Source: Paraspadella gotoi | Lineage: Eukaryota > Animalia > Chaetognatha | Assembly: GCA_051294375.1 (NCBI GenBank) | Contig: CM119268.1 | Coordinates: 15,501,103-15,565,102, forward strand | Direction: 5' to 3' | Length of the DNA stretch: 64,000 nt | Shown here: positions 11,318 to 23,162 of the stretch, piece after piece | Layout: each line of letters starts with the position of its first letter | Numbering within the stretch: the first letter of the stretch is position 1 | Position numbers and translations under genes: made by a program | The notes under the pieces: model-generated | Told to the model about the DNA's origin: nothing | Seen by the model: only the letters and a program-made list of their open reading frames with translations | The model's database searches: none

Positions 11318-13970
11318 ATGGAGCCATCGGTCGAACAATCCGGCTCGGTGAAATGGAGACTTAAAGGGAATGAATTGTACAAGAAAGGATTGGCCGAGGG
11401 CCTCTGCGACTCTCTTGCCAAAGACCGCCTCGTCAGAGCCTCCGCTGCTTACTACAAGGCTGTCAATCTGGCCGTCAACAACGAGGAAGAATCCAGGTTT
11501 TTATCTTCGCAATCCCTTGCCCTTGCGATGATTTTGTGACGATGATCTCCATAAATGGCGTCGTCGTCGTCGTTATCGTCGTTGTCATCGACGTTCTAAA
11601 TTAAAGATTCTCTAGGTCCGTCAAAACTGATATCTTGTTTGTTTACATTTTATATAAACAATATAAATTTATTTCTCTCTTTTTCTCACTCGCTGCCTCT
11701 TCTGATTCGTCCAGAATCGAGTTGAGCTCTGTAGCGGGTGAAAGTTAAGCGTTTCTCTCTCTCTCTTTGTTTTTGATTTTAAAAAAAATAGTTTTAGTAT
11801 CAAAGTTTGTCATGGGTCCAGATTTTTTTTTTATGCGATTGCGCCTATAAGCATGACACTTTCAGTTGTAACCCGGTGGCTCATTGAGTAAAGCAATCAG
11901 CTCATGCCCACTAGGTACCGGGTTCAACCCCGACCCGATACCTACCCTGCGGGAAACGTGAGGACGGCCGTAAGCCACCTTGGGGGCGTGGCAAACCCTC
12001 AAGCCTGGTTCCAAGCCCAGGACCCGCTCCATGGCTGCTAGAGGGAGTTATAGATGTTATGGATAGTCATCTTCAGCCCACTTAGCGCCTTATCCTCATA
12101 ATGGATTTAAGATTGTTTTTTATTGTAACAAAGTCTCGGTTTCGTATCACTTTTTAGTTCAGCCTACAAGAATCTCGGAATTGTCTATTGGAAAATTTCC
12201 CAAAAAACCGAGAAAAATACGGAAAAAGGCCGTAAGGAGGCATTTTTCTATCAGAAGGAGGCCGTCAAGTATCTCTCCGGTTCTCGGAGATTCGGCGCGG
12301 ATCCTAGAAGCCTTAAGAATCAAGACTGGCTGGACAAAGTTGACTCGCTTGTCGTTCAAGTATTGCGCGACGCGGACTTGCAGTTTAGGGAGCAGCTTCC
12401 TTTGAAGGTTAATACATAGTAATAATCCACTAAATCATCATTAATACATAATGAAGAACAAAATCATAATTAATACATTATTATGAACTAAATAAATTCA
12501 ACTTTCTTTTTATTCGGTTTTTTGTTTTGTTCTTTTTTTTAAGTCTCGAATCGGTCGAATCTACGAGCTTTTTAATCAGCTCGAGCTCAAGAGTTGTTGC
12601 GTGGATATTTTGATAGAACTGATTAAAAATATCTTTCATGAGGCCGTTATATGCCGAGAAGACACCGACTTCAAGACAGCCATCTATTGGTTGAACGAAG
12701 TGAGAAGACCTTTGGAAGATTCCCTTGTAATTTTAAAACAAATCGGTGAGGTTTTAAAGGGAAAAGAAATTTAATAGAAAACAAAGCTTTGTTTAAAGTT
12801 AATAGAATATTTTTTATGTGAGTTTGAATACAGTAAAAGATAATAATAATCTCAAAACATATAAATCTTTGCTGTAGAAACCGATTCGTCGCTAAAAGCT
12901 GATTTGGAAGTAAAAAAAGAAGAAGTGGCATTAGAACTCTGCATCGCGGAATCTAATCAAGCCATCAGCGTCGGCCAGGAGTTGTTCACTGAGCATTTCT
13001 ACGGATCTGAGTCCTTGAATATGATCGCCATTTACGAAGCCCTGGACTGGTTCAAGAAGGCAGCTCTAATATCGAGAGGTGGTAAAACAATACAAAACTC
13101 TGGTGCTGAACGCATTGTTATAAATAGTTTTTTCTTTGCTTCAGACAACTCTGCCTTGGAACAAGAAGCAAGCGCTTCTCATTTCATCGGCTTCATTTAC
13201 GAAAAGATTTTTAAATTAAATGGCAAAGCGAAAGAATATTACATGAGAGTAAGAGAATAAAATAGAGAAAACGGTTTAGATATGAGTTGCTTTATTTGTT
13301 TTTGTTTTTTTGTTGTTTTTTTTAATAGGTGATGCATCTCGTCGATGCTTGTGGAAACGCTCAATACTTTCAGAGCAAAATTTGGTACAAAGACACAATG
13401 AAGTCTCTTCAAGAGTTTCAAGCTCAAGCTTTGAGACGTGATGAACAGGAAAAACAAAAGGCGAAACAAAAATATTTGGATGACTTGAAGGTTAATAAGA
13501 TATTCTATAAAATTTTATCAAAAGTTTATAGAAATTATTCTTGCTACATTGTATATATATTAGGAAGACATCGATAAAATAAAAGAAGCAAACAAGAACG
13601 AGTACGAATTCATCAAATATCTATACACAAATCATCCTCCTAAGGCCGATGAGGATAGCTGGAAGTTTAAAATACCTTCTGATATGGAACGGATGAAAGT
13701 AAACACCAAATTTAATACCTTAGCTTTACTTCTTAAAAATAACCAAGGTGAAAATTAATAAGGAATTTGTCTCTTCAGGAACTTATGGATATAGACATGA
13801 CATCAGAGACTAAAAAGGAGAAGAAAAAGCTTTTAATTCGGGCTGTACATGATTATCATCCTGACAAAAATCTTTCTCAAGAAGACGACGAAGAAAGCAA
13901 AAAATGGAAAGTTTTTGCAGAGTTTATAACACAGTCAATAAATTTTTATTATGAAAGTTTGAAGGGTTAA
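11318..13970 (+). CDS. Uncharacterised TPR-like + C-terminal HPD/J-domain-like protein, paralog A (~474 aa)
   Basis: Exons 11318-11496, 12158-12407, 12544-12745, 12878-13078, 13145-13248, 13329-13490, 13564-13698, 13779-13970 splice into one 1425-nt ORF. Motifs: RLKGNELYKKG, SAYKNLGIVYW, EQEASASHFIGFIYEKIF...AKEYY (TPR-like); KKLLIRAVHDYHPDKN...WKVFAEFITQSINFYYE (J-like). Confidence 0.85.
11870..12110 (+). mobile_element. tRNA-derived SINE-like insertion in intron 1 of paralog A
   Basis: GC-rich island in an AT-rich intron, with a Pol III A-box-like TGGCTCATTGAG (11877) and a B-box GGTTCAACCC (11921-11930), followed by ~170 nt of non-tRNA body. No complete cloverleaf; the ends are approximate. 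Confidence 0.55.
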
Positions 13971-14144
13971 TGTCTAATATTTTTTCCTTCTTTTCTTTGC
14001 AATAATTACTTTGTTTTATATTTATGTAAATTTCCATTAATTTTATTTCTTCACTTTTTTTTTGCTGTTTTTTCTTGGAGCGTTCTTAAAAATCTTTGAT
14101 TTAATCTGCTAATGTCAATTAGATTCTATCTTAAAAGTTTCATC

Positions 14145-16722
14145 ATGTCTCACTTTGCTTGGCGCGACCAACCGGGACCAAGCGTGGTAAGTAACAAGCG
14201 AGAAATAGATGAACTTAAACGAACCATATCTCAAATGCGAGAGGAAATAGCCTTTCTTCGTGAACTGGTCATGCCTTCTCTTCAACCAAGTGGCTTTGCG
14301 ACGAGTTCACCACCCCTTTATTCTTACCAAGAGTCCGAGGTGAAGTAAATCCATCGACAGAGGAGAGAAATATCTAAAAAAATTACCAAAACTCAATTTG
14401 TTCTTTTTCTTAAAAGTCAACAAAAACGCAATTGATATTGGATACGTCAACCTCGTTAATGTGGAGATTGAAGGGGAATGCGCTGTATGAACTGGGAATG
14501 ATGGAACATTCAAATGTCCTTGCTAAAAATATATTTTTGAAAGCTTTGGATTTTTATGATAAGGCCATGGAAAGCGCCTTTTCAAACACTAAGAATCTCA
14601 GGTTTTATGTTATTCATAAATTACTCAATATACTTAAATAATAAATGATGATTCCTATATCTAATAGACAACTTGCCATCCTCGTGCAAACTATAGGTCC
14701 GCGAGTAAAAATCTTGGAATAACTTACTGGCGATTGGCCCAAAGAACTTCCTTGCACAATTCCGCCGACAAACTCCGATACTACAAGTCGGCCGTAAAAA
14801 ACCTCGCCCTCGCCTCGTCCCTCAAACCGAATCCGACGACAGAATGGCGGGATAGAGCGGGCGTGGCCGTCTTCGAGATTTTGAACGAGGCATCTCAGAT
14901 CGTTAAGGACGAGTTAAAATTGACGGCGAGTCGAAAAAATATTAGCCCAAAAAAAAATCAAATCCGAACGTCTTGCTTGTTATATATGTATATTGTATAT
15001 CTTATCTTTTAGTACCGAGTGGCCTATCTGTCTGAACTGTTCCGAATGATTGAGGATAAAAAATGGTGCGTGGAGATCATGTTGCAGCTGGCTGAAGAGA
15101 TGTTCCACGAGGGGGTCAGGTGTCGCGAGATTTACGATTTTCAAGGGGCTATTTATTGGCTGAATGAGCTCGTATGGCCGCTAGAAGAAGCCTCTCGATT
15201 CGCGAGCCAAATTGGTCAGCGCCTTTGATTCGATAGAAATAAATTAAAAGTCAATGAAACTAAAATTTTCGTTATCTACGTCTCCTCATGTCCAAAATGT
15301 GGTGGACAGGATCGTCAGTGGAAATTGACGTTGAAGTGCTGAAGACGGACGTGCAGTTGGAACTTCGCGTGGCCGAAGCCACGCAAGCGAATTTCGTTGC
15401 GCAAAACCTTTTGACGCAATACCTCGCCCAAAACGACCTGCCCCCCATGTCCGTCGTTTTTGATACTTTGGACTGGCTAAAAACAGCCGCTCTCAAAGCG
15501 AGAGGTCACTTTATGCGGTATTTCAAATTTGGGCGAAAATTTCGTTTAAAAAATTTTTTTTAGGTTATGATATGGAACAAGAGGCGATCGGCTATCATTT
15601 CATGGGCTACATTTATGAATTCATTTTGCACTCTAAAGATAAAGCGAGGGAGTATTATTTGAAGGTGAGAAACCTAAAACTTCTAAGGGGTTGAAGTTTT
15701 GACTTATTCTATTTCTAGTAAAGGAGTAAACCATGTACTTTTACATTGACAGGTATTGCAACTGGCAGAATCCAAAAACGTCAAAGTTAATTATTCAAAA
15801 GTTTGGTATATTGATACCCTCAAATGGCTGACTGAAATCAATAAAGTTCATAGTTTGGAAGCAAGCAGCGAAACACTAGACACCCAAACGAAGCCCAATC
15901 CGTCGCAAGGAGAATGCTTGATTAATCCTGAGGTTAATTAGATTATAAAAAAAAACATCGATTTTACAATGTATCAAGTTGAAATAGAATGGTAATTCAT
16001 CGTTGTATTGTCGTCAAGTAACGCTGCAAATATTGTTTTAAGAGCGACGTTCGAAAGATTGAAATCGAAAATAAGGATGAATACAAACTCATCAAATTTC
16101 TTTACGACAACTTCCCGCCACTTTGTCCCGAAAACCGAAGGAAATTCGATGTCGTCGAAGACATGAAACGTTTAAAAGTAATTTTTATTATTTCCTCTCT
16201 CACTATGTTTGACGTTCAATGTCATTTTTAAGAGTCCCGCTGAAAGCAATTGTTCGTGAGACTGATGGACCGATTAAGCTTGAAGTTTTGAAATGCAAGT
16301 CCACTAATGAAAAAGTCTATAAGACTCTGACCACAAAAAAACCCTTTACGAATGTCCTAGTATCAATTGGAACTTTTTAATGTTTCAACTATTTCATGTA
16401 CTAGATCATTTTTGATTTCTCATTTTAAACGTTGTTCTTTTTTTGTCAAAAATTTTGATGTCGCTTTGGAAACCCATTCGAAAAATCATTGATGAAAACT
16501 CGATATTTCCTCTTTCAGGAATTGGTGGCCAGAGGCGGATGGTCTCCCGGTGCCGACGGTAAATTATCGACGAAAGAATTGAAGCGTCTCTTGATGAAGG
16601 TCATCTATGATTATCATCCGGACAAAAACCGAAATTACTTTTCCGAAAACGGCGAGAGATGGACAATTTTAGCCGGACGAATCACGCAAATGCTCAATCA
16701 CTACTATGCGAAGAGACGATGA
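14145..16722 (+). CDS. Uncharacterised TPR-like + C-terminal HPD/J-domain-like protein, paralog B (~541 aa), with an extra N-terminal coiled-coil-like exon
   Basis: Exons 14145-14339, 14417-14601, 14697-14925, 15013-15214, 15310-15504, 15564-15664, 15753-15932, 16043-16177, 16519-16722 give a 1626-nt ORF. Intron positions and phases match paralog A, including exons of 202 and 135 nt in both. Motifs: WRLKGNALY, SASKNLGITYW, KRLLMKVIYDYHPDKN. Confidence 0.85.
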
Positions 16723-17631
16723 AATTCTCGTGGATTCGGCTTGGGAGACTGTGTTGAAATAGATTTGGATTCACTGTTAATGATCCCATCGATTTTTTTT
16801 TTTGGGGGGGGGGGATTAAATGGAATGTAATTTTCTGAAGAAAAAAAAAGGCAGTTTTCATACGTTTTGCGGTATCCTAAAAAATAAATATGCCCCCCCG
16901 AATAGCACTTTCATTTGCTAATCGTCCCGATGCCATCAATTAGTTCCGGGTTTAATCTTCCTCCTGGTTAAGTTGCGAAGTTACCGGTGGAAACACACCG
17001 ATATTAAACACGCCACCTAAGGTGATTACTGCATGATTTTTTTTATTAATGATAATGGATTAGCGGGAAATAGTATAATTCTATTGAATGAACCCGGATA
17101 CTGAGTAGTTTTTCTTGAAAGACGCCATCCTGAAAAGAGGTTTAACTCAGACCACTTTTAAATTATACTTACTTATATTTTTCTCCCGTTTTTTACATAT
17201 TGAAACCTTTTTCCTTTCTACTCCTTAGCCCCTAATTTTTTTTTAACCCCTACTCCACCGCTCCTTCCCTCTCTTTCCCTGTCAGCCCCTCCTCCTCCCT
17301 TTCAACCTTGCGACCCCGGCTCTCTCCTTGTGTCAGATCGCAATTGTCCAAATTCGACCCCCGCTGGAGCCAAAAGAGCTCATGGCTTCCTTCTATGGTG
17401 TCATGGTGCCACCGTGACGTCAGCACGCGGTCACCATGGAAACCGGAAAGCAAGATAGAGAGAGAGGGAGCGAGCGAAAGAAAGCGATAAGAAAGAGAGA
17501 GGGGAGGAAAGAAAAGAGAGAAAGAGAGAGAGGCTATCCGTGGCTTTATTAGAATTTATGGTGCCAGAAAATTGGACAATTCCATCGGAAGCGAAGACAT
17601 GGACGCTTATTGGTCATCCCACATGCTGTCA

Positions 17632-17767
<136 letters not shown>

Positions 17768-18373
17768 ATTGTCTTTTCGCGCGGTTGCCCAATTTCTTTT
17801 TGATGATCAACCCTGGGCGCCAAAAAAAAAAAAGAGAGAGAGGATTGGTTTCGGTTATGGAGCGAAAGCGGAGAGGTGAGGACGAAGCCTCACAGTCTCC
17901 TTCCCTCATTTCGTCATAGCGTGCTTGAATTGTTGCAACAATGGAGATATTTTTTCACAGTCAATGTGAATTTTAATCATTTTGTTTCGTTAATTACGTT
18001 GTTCAGTATGTGGTAAATCACGTGCGAAATAGCGTCAGCGTCGTTGGCTTATTCCGTCTCTTTGCAATCGCTTGACATATTTTTTCAGTGTCAGTTCTAT
18101 CTTCGTATTTAACGAGATAATATCTGTAAAAGCTATAAAACACGGAAAGCCGTATTTCACATCCCCGAGGTTCTCAAAATAATAAAAAGAGAAACGTAAT
18201 TACGTAAAAACCGTTTACAGCGGCTTTATTTTTATTTTTTCCTTCTTTTTCTACATTAAAGTTTGGTTTTTTTTTGGTCTCTCCTCTTTTTCTCTTTATG
18301 CGCCTTCTACTTTTTTATTCTACTTTATATAATGTTCGAATGATCTCTTACTATCAGAATATAAGAAGCTTCT

Positions 18374-18454
<81 letters not shown>

Positions 18455-18565
18455 GAAGGGCATTCGACTTTTGTGAGGCGTCGGCGCGAGATGCCCTTGT
18501 GACCAATTACATCCGTCGGCCGATCGGAGGAAATGATCTCCGGCAATCTCACGCAATCTCTCTGC

Positions 18566-18634
<69 letters not shown>

Positions 18635-19204
18635 GGGGGAGGAGAGAGAGAGAGAGAGAGAGAGAGAGTTGGGGATTTCTGCGAGAATTCCTCGTCCATT
18701 GATGGCGCGGGTCTCGACTGTCGCTGAGGGCGGAGGCGTTGATGGGAATGAATCACCTGAGTGTGAAGAAAAGCCAAGAGAGAATGAGAGAGAGAAAGAC
18801 GCGGGGGAGGAAGTGAGACGAATTTTATTAACAAGGATATAGATATAGATATAGACAATTGATGTTAAAAAGTCCCGCTATATTCTTAGCCAAATAATTT
18901 TCAAAACCATAAAAGGGAAGTCTACTACGTTCCTGCGCCAAATAATGATTTCTGAAATTTTATTCGCTATCCAACGCAAATCCTATGAATCCCTAACTTC
19001 TTGTTTCGCTAAAGAAAAGAAACTTTTAGTTACTTTTTTTCACGCCAGTGAATTTCGCGATTTCTGTGAAATTGTGATTCCCCTTCGACTCGTAGCGATT
19101 GAATCGCAAAGACGCGTCACGTGACTCACTCGCTCACAACGATTACGAGATTGCTTTTAGGTCACGATCGCGAGAAGATCGCCCCTGCGAGAGAGAGAGG
19201 AGAG

Positions 19205-19242
<38 letters not shown>

Positions 19243-20173
19243 TGGGGGGGTGGGGTTGCTGAGATTGCTGAGTCAATGCGCGCGGAATCGGGCGCCGCCG
19301 ACAAAGCCGCCGCCGCTGACAACGCCGCCAATTCAAGACTGAGTGAATGCGATCACGAAATCTCACCTCAATGTCTCTTTTTTTTTCCCGGAGATTCACG
19401 CTTTACTTTTCACTCACTCTCTCTCGTTCTCTATCTCTCTCTCCGACTCAATCCGTCTTTTTTGAATAGATCACCGAGTTTTTTTCCTGACTTGACTTTC
19501 GTTTCTCCTCTTCTTCTTTTTCCTCCTTCGACTGCGAATAACTTAATCTGCCATGTTCCCTGTCCAGGATATCTTCTCCAAAATCGAACTCTCTCTCCCT
19601 CTGGTTTTTCTCGTTTTCCCAATATATGTTTTTAAAATTTTTTTTTCATATTTGATTATTAGATTTTTTGGTTAATTTTAGCTCGGTTATTTCTTAGTTA
19701 ATTTAATATCCTTTTTACTATAAATGTTTTTGCTATAGTATATTTCGCAGTCTTTGTGGTTTTTTGGGTTTTTAGTATTTTCTTTACAGCAATTATTTTA
19801 TTTTTGTTAAACTGTGGGTTTAATGAATAGTTATTTGATTATTTGATTATTTAAATTTTGATAAAAAACTTTTAGGACTTTTTTACGTTGGAAACTGAAA
19901 CTAAAATCGAACCAACTATTGTTTTCGTTTTTCTTTTTCTATTCTTCCCGTTATGTTTTTTTTTCTCTCCCCTTTTTTTCCCTTTCCCTTTTTAACTTCA
20001 TTTATCTTTTTTCTCAATCCTTTTTTTTTCTCTCTTTCCAATTCTCTCTCCTTCGTTTTCTACTCTGGCTTCGTTATTCTTTCTCCATCCCTTTCCTTTC
20101 TTTTCCTTCTATCCCTTTCCCCTTAGTCGCGTTTGTTCACTACAGACCTCCATCGGCAATGGAACGAGCGAAT

Positions 20174-20218
<45 letters not shown>

Positions 20219-20641
20219 GCTGAGTGTAAGCGAAAAAGCGACAATCTCAAATCGACTCGAAACGATGATCACGACTTTCTTTTTTTTCTTTCTATTCTCG
20301 ACGAAAGCGCCCGAACCTCTTGTGAATCGTGAGAGCGGTGGTTGTTCACGCGACTCACTTCATTTCACATTGGGGCGAATGCTCATTCTGGAACACTTGT
20401 TCCGCCACGGCGATTCCTGAAATGAGTTCCCGAATTATACTTATTTTCCTACCTTAAACTAAAAACGGAAACTTCGTTAAAAAATTACACACGTAACCTC
20501 GAATAATTCTGTTTTAGTTCCGCGCTGCAGAAAAAAAAAGAAAAAACTAAATCACCCTTTTTTTTTTCTTTAGATTAAGAATTCAATCAGGCGACTCCTC
20601 CTTTCACTCAATTTTCTAAGAACGCCCCCTTGTTGTGAAGA

Positions 20642-20889
20642 NNNNNNNNNNNNNNNNNNNNNNNNNNNNNNNNNNNNNNNNNNNNNNNNNNNNNNNNNNN
20701 NNNNNNNNNNNNNNNNNNNNNNNNNNNNNNNNNNNNNNNNNNNNNNNNNNNNNNNNNNNNNNNNNNNNNNNNNNNNNNNNNNNNNNNNNNNNNNNNNNNN
20801 NNNNNNNNNNNNNNNNNNNNNNNNNNNNNNNNNNNNNNNNNNNNNNNNNNNNNNNNNNNNNNNNNNNNNNNNNNNNNNNNNNNNNNNNN
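20642..20889. other. Assembly gap (N run)
   Basis: Ns. Other gaps: 34854-35016, 37080-37104 (25 N), 37573-37597 (25 N), 48943-49133, 52052-52061. Confidence 0.99.
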
Positions 20890-21292
20890 CCGCCTGTCGC
20901 TGCCCCAAGAATCATCGCCCGATATCTTTGCATCATCGTCGCGCGAAAAAGAGGGTTGACCCCCGGGATGACCTCGGACTCTAATTGTGACTCCTCCTCT
21001 ACTTAATTCGCTCTTTTCGTCGTCGTCGTCGTCGTCGTCGTCGTCGGTAGTTACACCTCCTCGCGAATATCCTTCACTTTTTCTCTTCTCACCTCATTTT
21101 AAAACCCATAGCCATCCCCCCCCCGCTCCCCAATCCCCTCCCAATAGAACTAACGTTTTCCTAACCCTAAATCGAGTCTGAGCCAATTTTTTCCATTAAT
21201 TCCTCGGAAAAAGAAAATCAGACAATTTCGCTTCGCTATTTCAAAGATTTCTTCGCCTTATCAGCGTCATTTGCGTCTTTTCGCCTTTCTCT

Positions 21293-21366
<74 letters not shown>

Positions 21367-21845
21367 CTGCTTTCTCCTCTCCCCTCCACCCTCCCTCGCC
21401 TTCTGCCGAATGAAAAGACTCCTTTCTTTGTAAAATTAAGTGACACAAAAACGACCGCTTTCTAAATCTCTTCAATTTGCATATGATTGACGCTTCCGAC
21501 GGCGACGTTAGCGTCGAAAAAAAAAGACGACGACGACGACGAATGAACGAAGCCAAACACGAAACGACGACGACACTGACGACGTGATTTCTCGACGACA
21601 TTTGACCCAAATTGTAAAACGTTCTCCCGTGACGCGAATATCCAATCGCGGAGAAAAAGTGAGGCCATCGCTCAAAGGAAGTCCTACAATCTCTCTGCTG
21701 GTTGAAAGAAACTGGCTCCTTAGTCCTTATCCAGTGAGAATCCTTTTATGATGAAATATTGAAATATAACTGATATTGCTATATCAAAGCTTTATTTTTT
21801 TTTTCAATAATTTTTAAATATTTCGGTCTATTTTTAAATGAGTTT

Positions 21846-22018
21846 TGTCTTTTTTCGTATTAGGAAAAACAGTTTTGTTTGACAACGATTTATTTGACAC
21901 AATTTTTAGTCAGACATGTTTCGGCTCTTTCATTTAGGCTGTTGTCAAACAAAACTGTTTTTCCTAATACCTCAAAAACAACGAAAAGAGAGTATATACC
22001 TAATGTCTTTTTTCGTAT
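21846..22018. mobile_element. Short Penelope-like relic with a 30-bp inverted repeat, half a hammerhead motif and a 15-bp target-site duplication
   Basis: TGTCTTTTTTCGTAT is directly repeated at 21846-21860 and 22004-22018. There is a perfect inverted repeat at 21857-21886 / 21941-21970. The - strand reads GAGCCGAAACATGTC at 21913-21927, the same motif as in the hammerheads at 49.4/49.7 kb. Confidence 0.6.
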
Positions 22019-22240
22019 AAATGTTTGGACAATCAAATGTGTTAACACTTAACAGAAAAGAAGAAAATAACGCGATACATAAACTAAGCCGTCGCAAAGC
22101 GAGACTCGCTCCACTTATTTCATTTTATGTTTTTCCATTTCCCCTTAAATCGAACGGTCATCCGTAGGACGCCGAAAATGGTGGACACTTCCGGACAACA
22201 CCCGCTATACTTGCGCCCCCCCCTCTCACCCGGAGCCCTA

Positions 22241-22271
<31 letters not shown>

Positions 22272-22500
22272 CGTATCCATCTAGGCAGCCGGATGTAACT
22301 GACCCTCTCCAGTGACAGGACACATCCCCGTCATTAACCCTTCGATGATGCTTTTGATCCCGGGGTCGTCGTCGTTTTCGTCGTCGTCGTCTTCAGTCGA
22401 CGAAGACGGTTTTTCCCTCGGGGTCAATTTTGCTCAAGAGAGAGAAAAGAAAAGAAAAGAAAATAAAATAAAAGAAAAAAAGAAAGAAAGAAAGAAAGAG

Positions 22501-22575
<75 letters not shown>

Positions 22576-22632
22576 AAATGAAAAAGAAAGATACAAGAAA
22601 AATAAAAGAAAGAAAGAAAGAAAGAAAAAATA

Positions 22633-22680
<48 letters not shown>

Positions 22681-22765
22681 AATAATGAAAGAAAGAAAAG
22701 TAAAGAAAGAAAGCGAAGCGATTTTTTCCGTTTACAGATGACGCCTGAAGGTCGGTGCCAGGCCG

Positions 22766-22815
22766 GGGTGGCACACGGTGGCGCGGGGTGGCGCGGGGTG
22801 GCGCAGGGTGGCGCC
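22766..22815. repeat. 10-bp GC-rich tandem repeat (GGTGGCGCGG) x ~5
   Basis: ggtggcacac ggtggcgcgg ggtggcgcgg ggtggcgcag ggtggcgccg. Confidence 0.8.
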
Positions 22816-23122
22816 GGGAGATGAAGACTTTTTGAGGGTCACGGATTTGGCGCAGAAACGAAGGGAAGGAAGCGAAGGCGGACAAAGCGTCTGCTTCCGG
22901 TGAAGAAACGGGGCGTTGAAAATCAAGTTTTTTTCCCAGAGGGGGCGTGGCAGTGTGGCCAGTTGGGGATTAGAAGGAGACGGGTAGACGACTTCAGACG
23001 AAGAGTGTAATGAATTAATGAGTAATTAATTGATAAATGAACTAAAATAAGGTCATAGTTTTGTAAATATTTTGTTTTAAACGCGCAAAAGGCAGAACGT
23101 TTCAATTATTTGAATTGTTTCG

Positions 23123-23162
<40 letters not shown>

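Noticed and set aside
11870-11945. Functional tRNA gene
   Set aside because: A and B boxes are present, but there is no convincing acceptor or anticodon stem and no nearby poly-T terminator. It is better explained as a SINE head.
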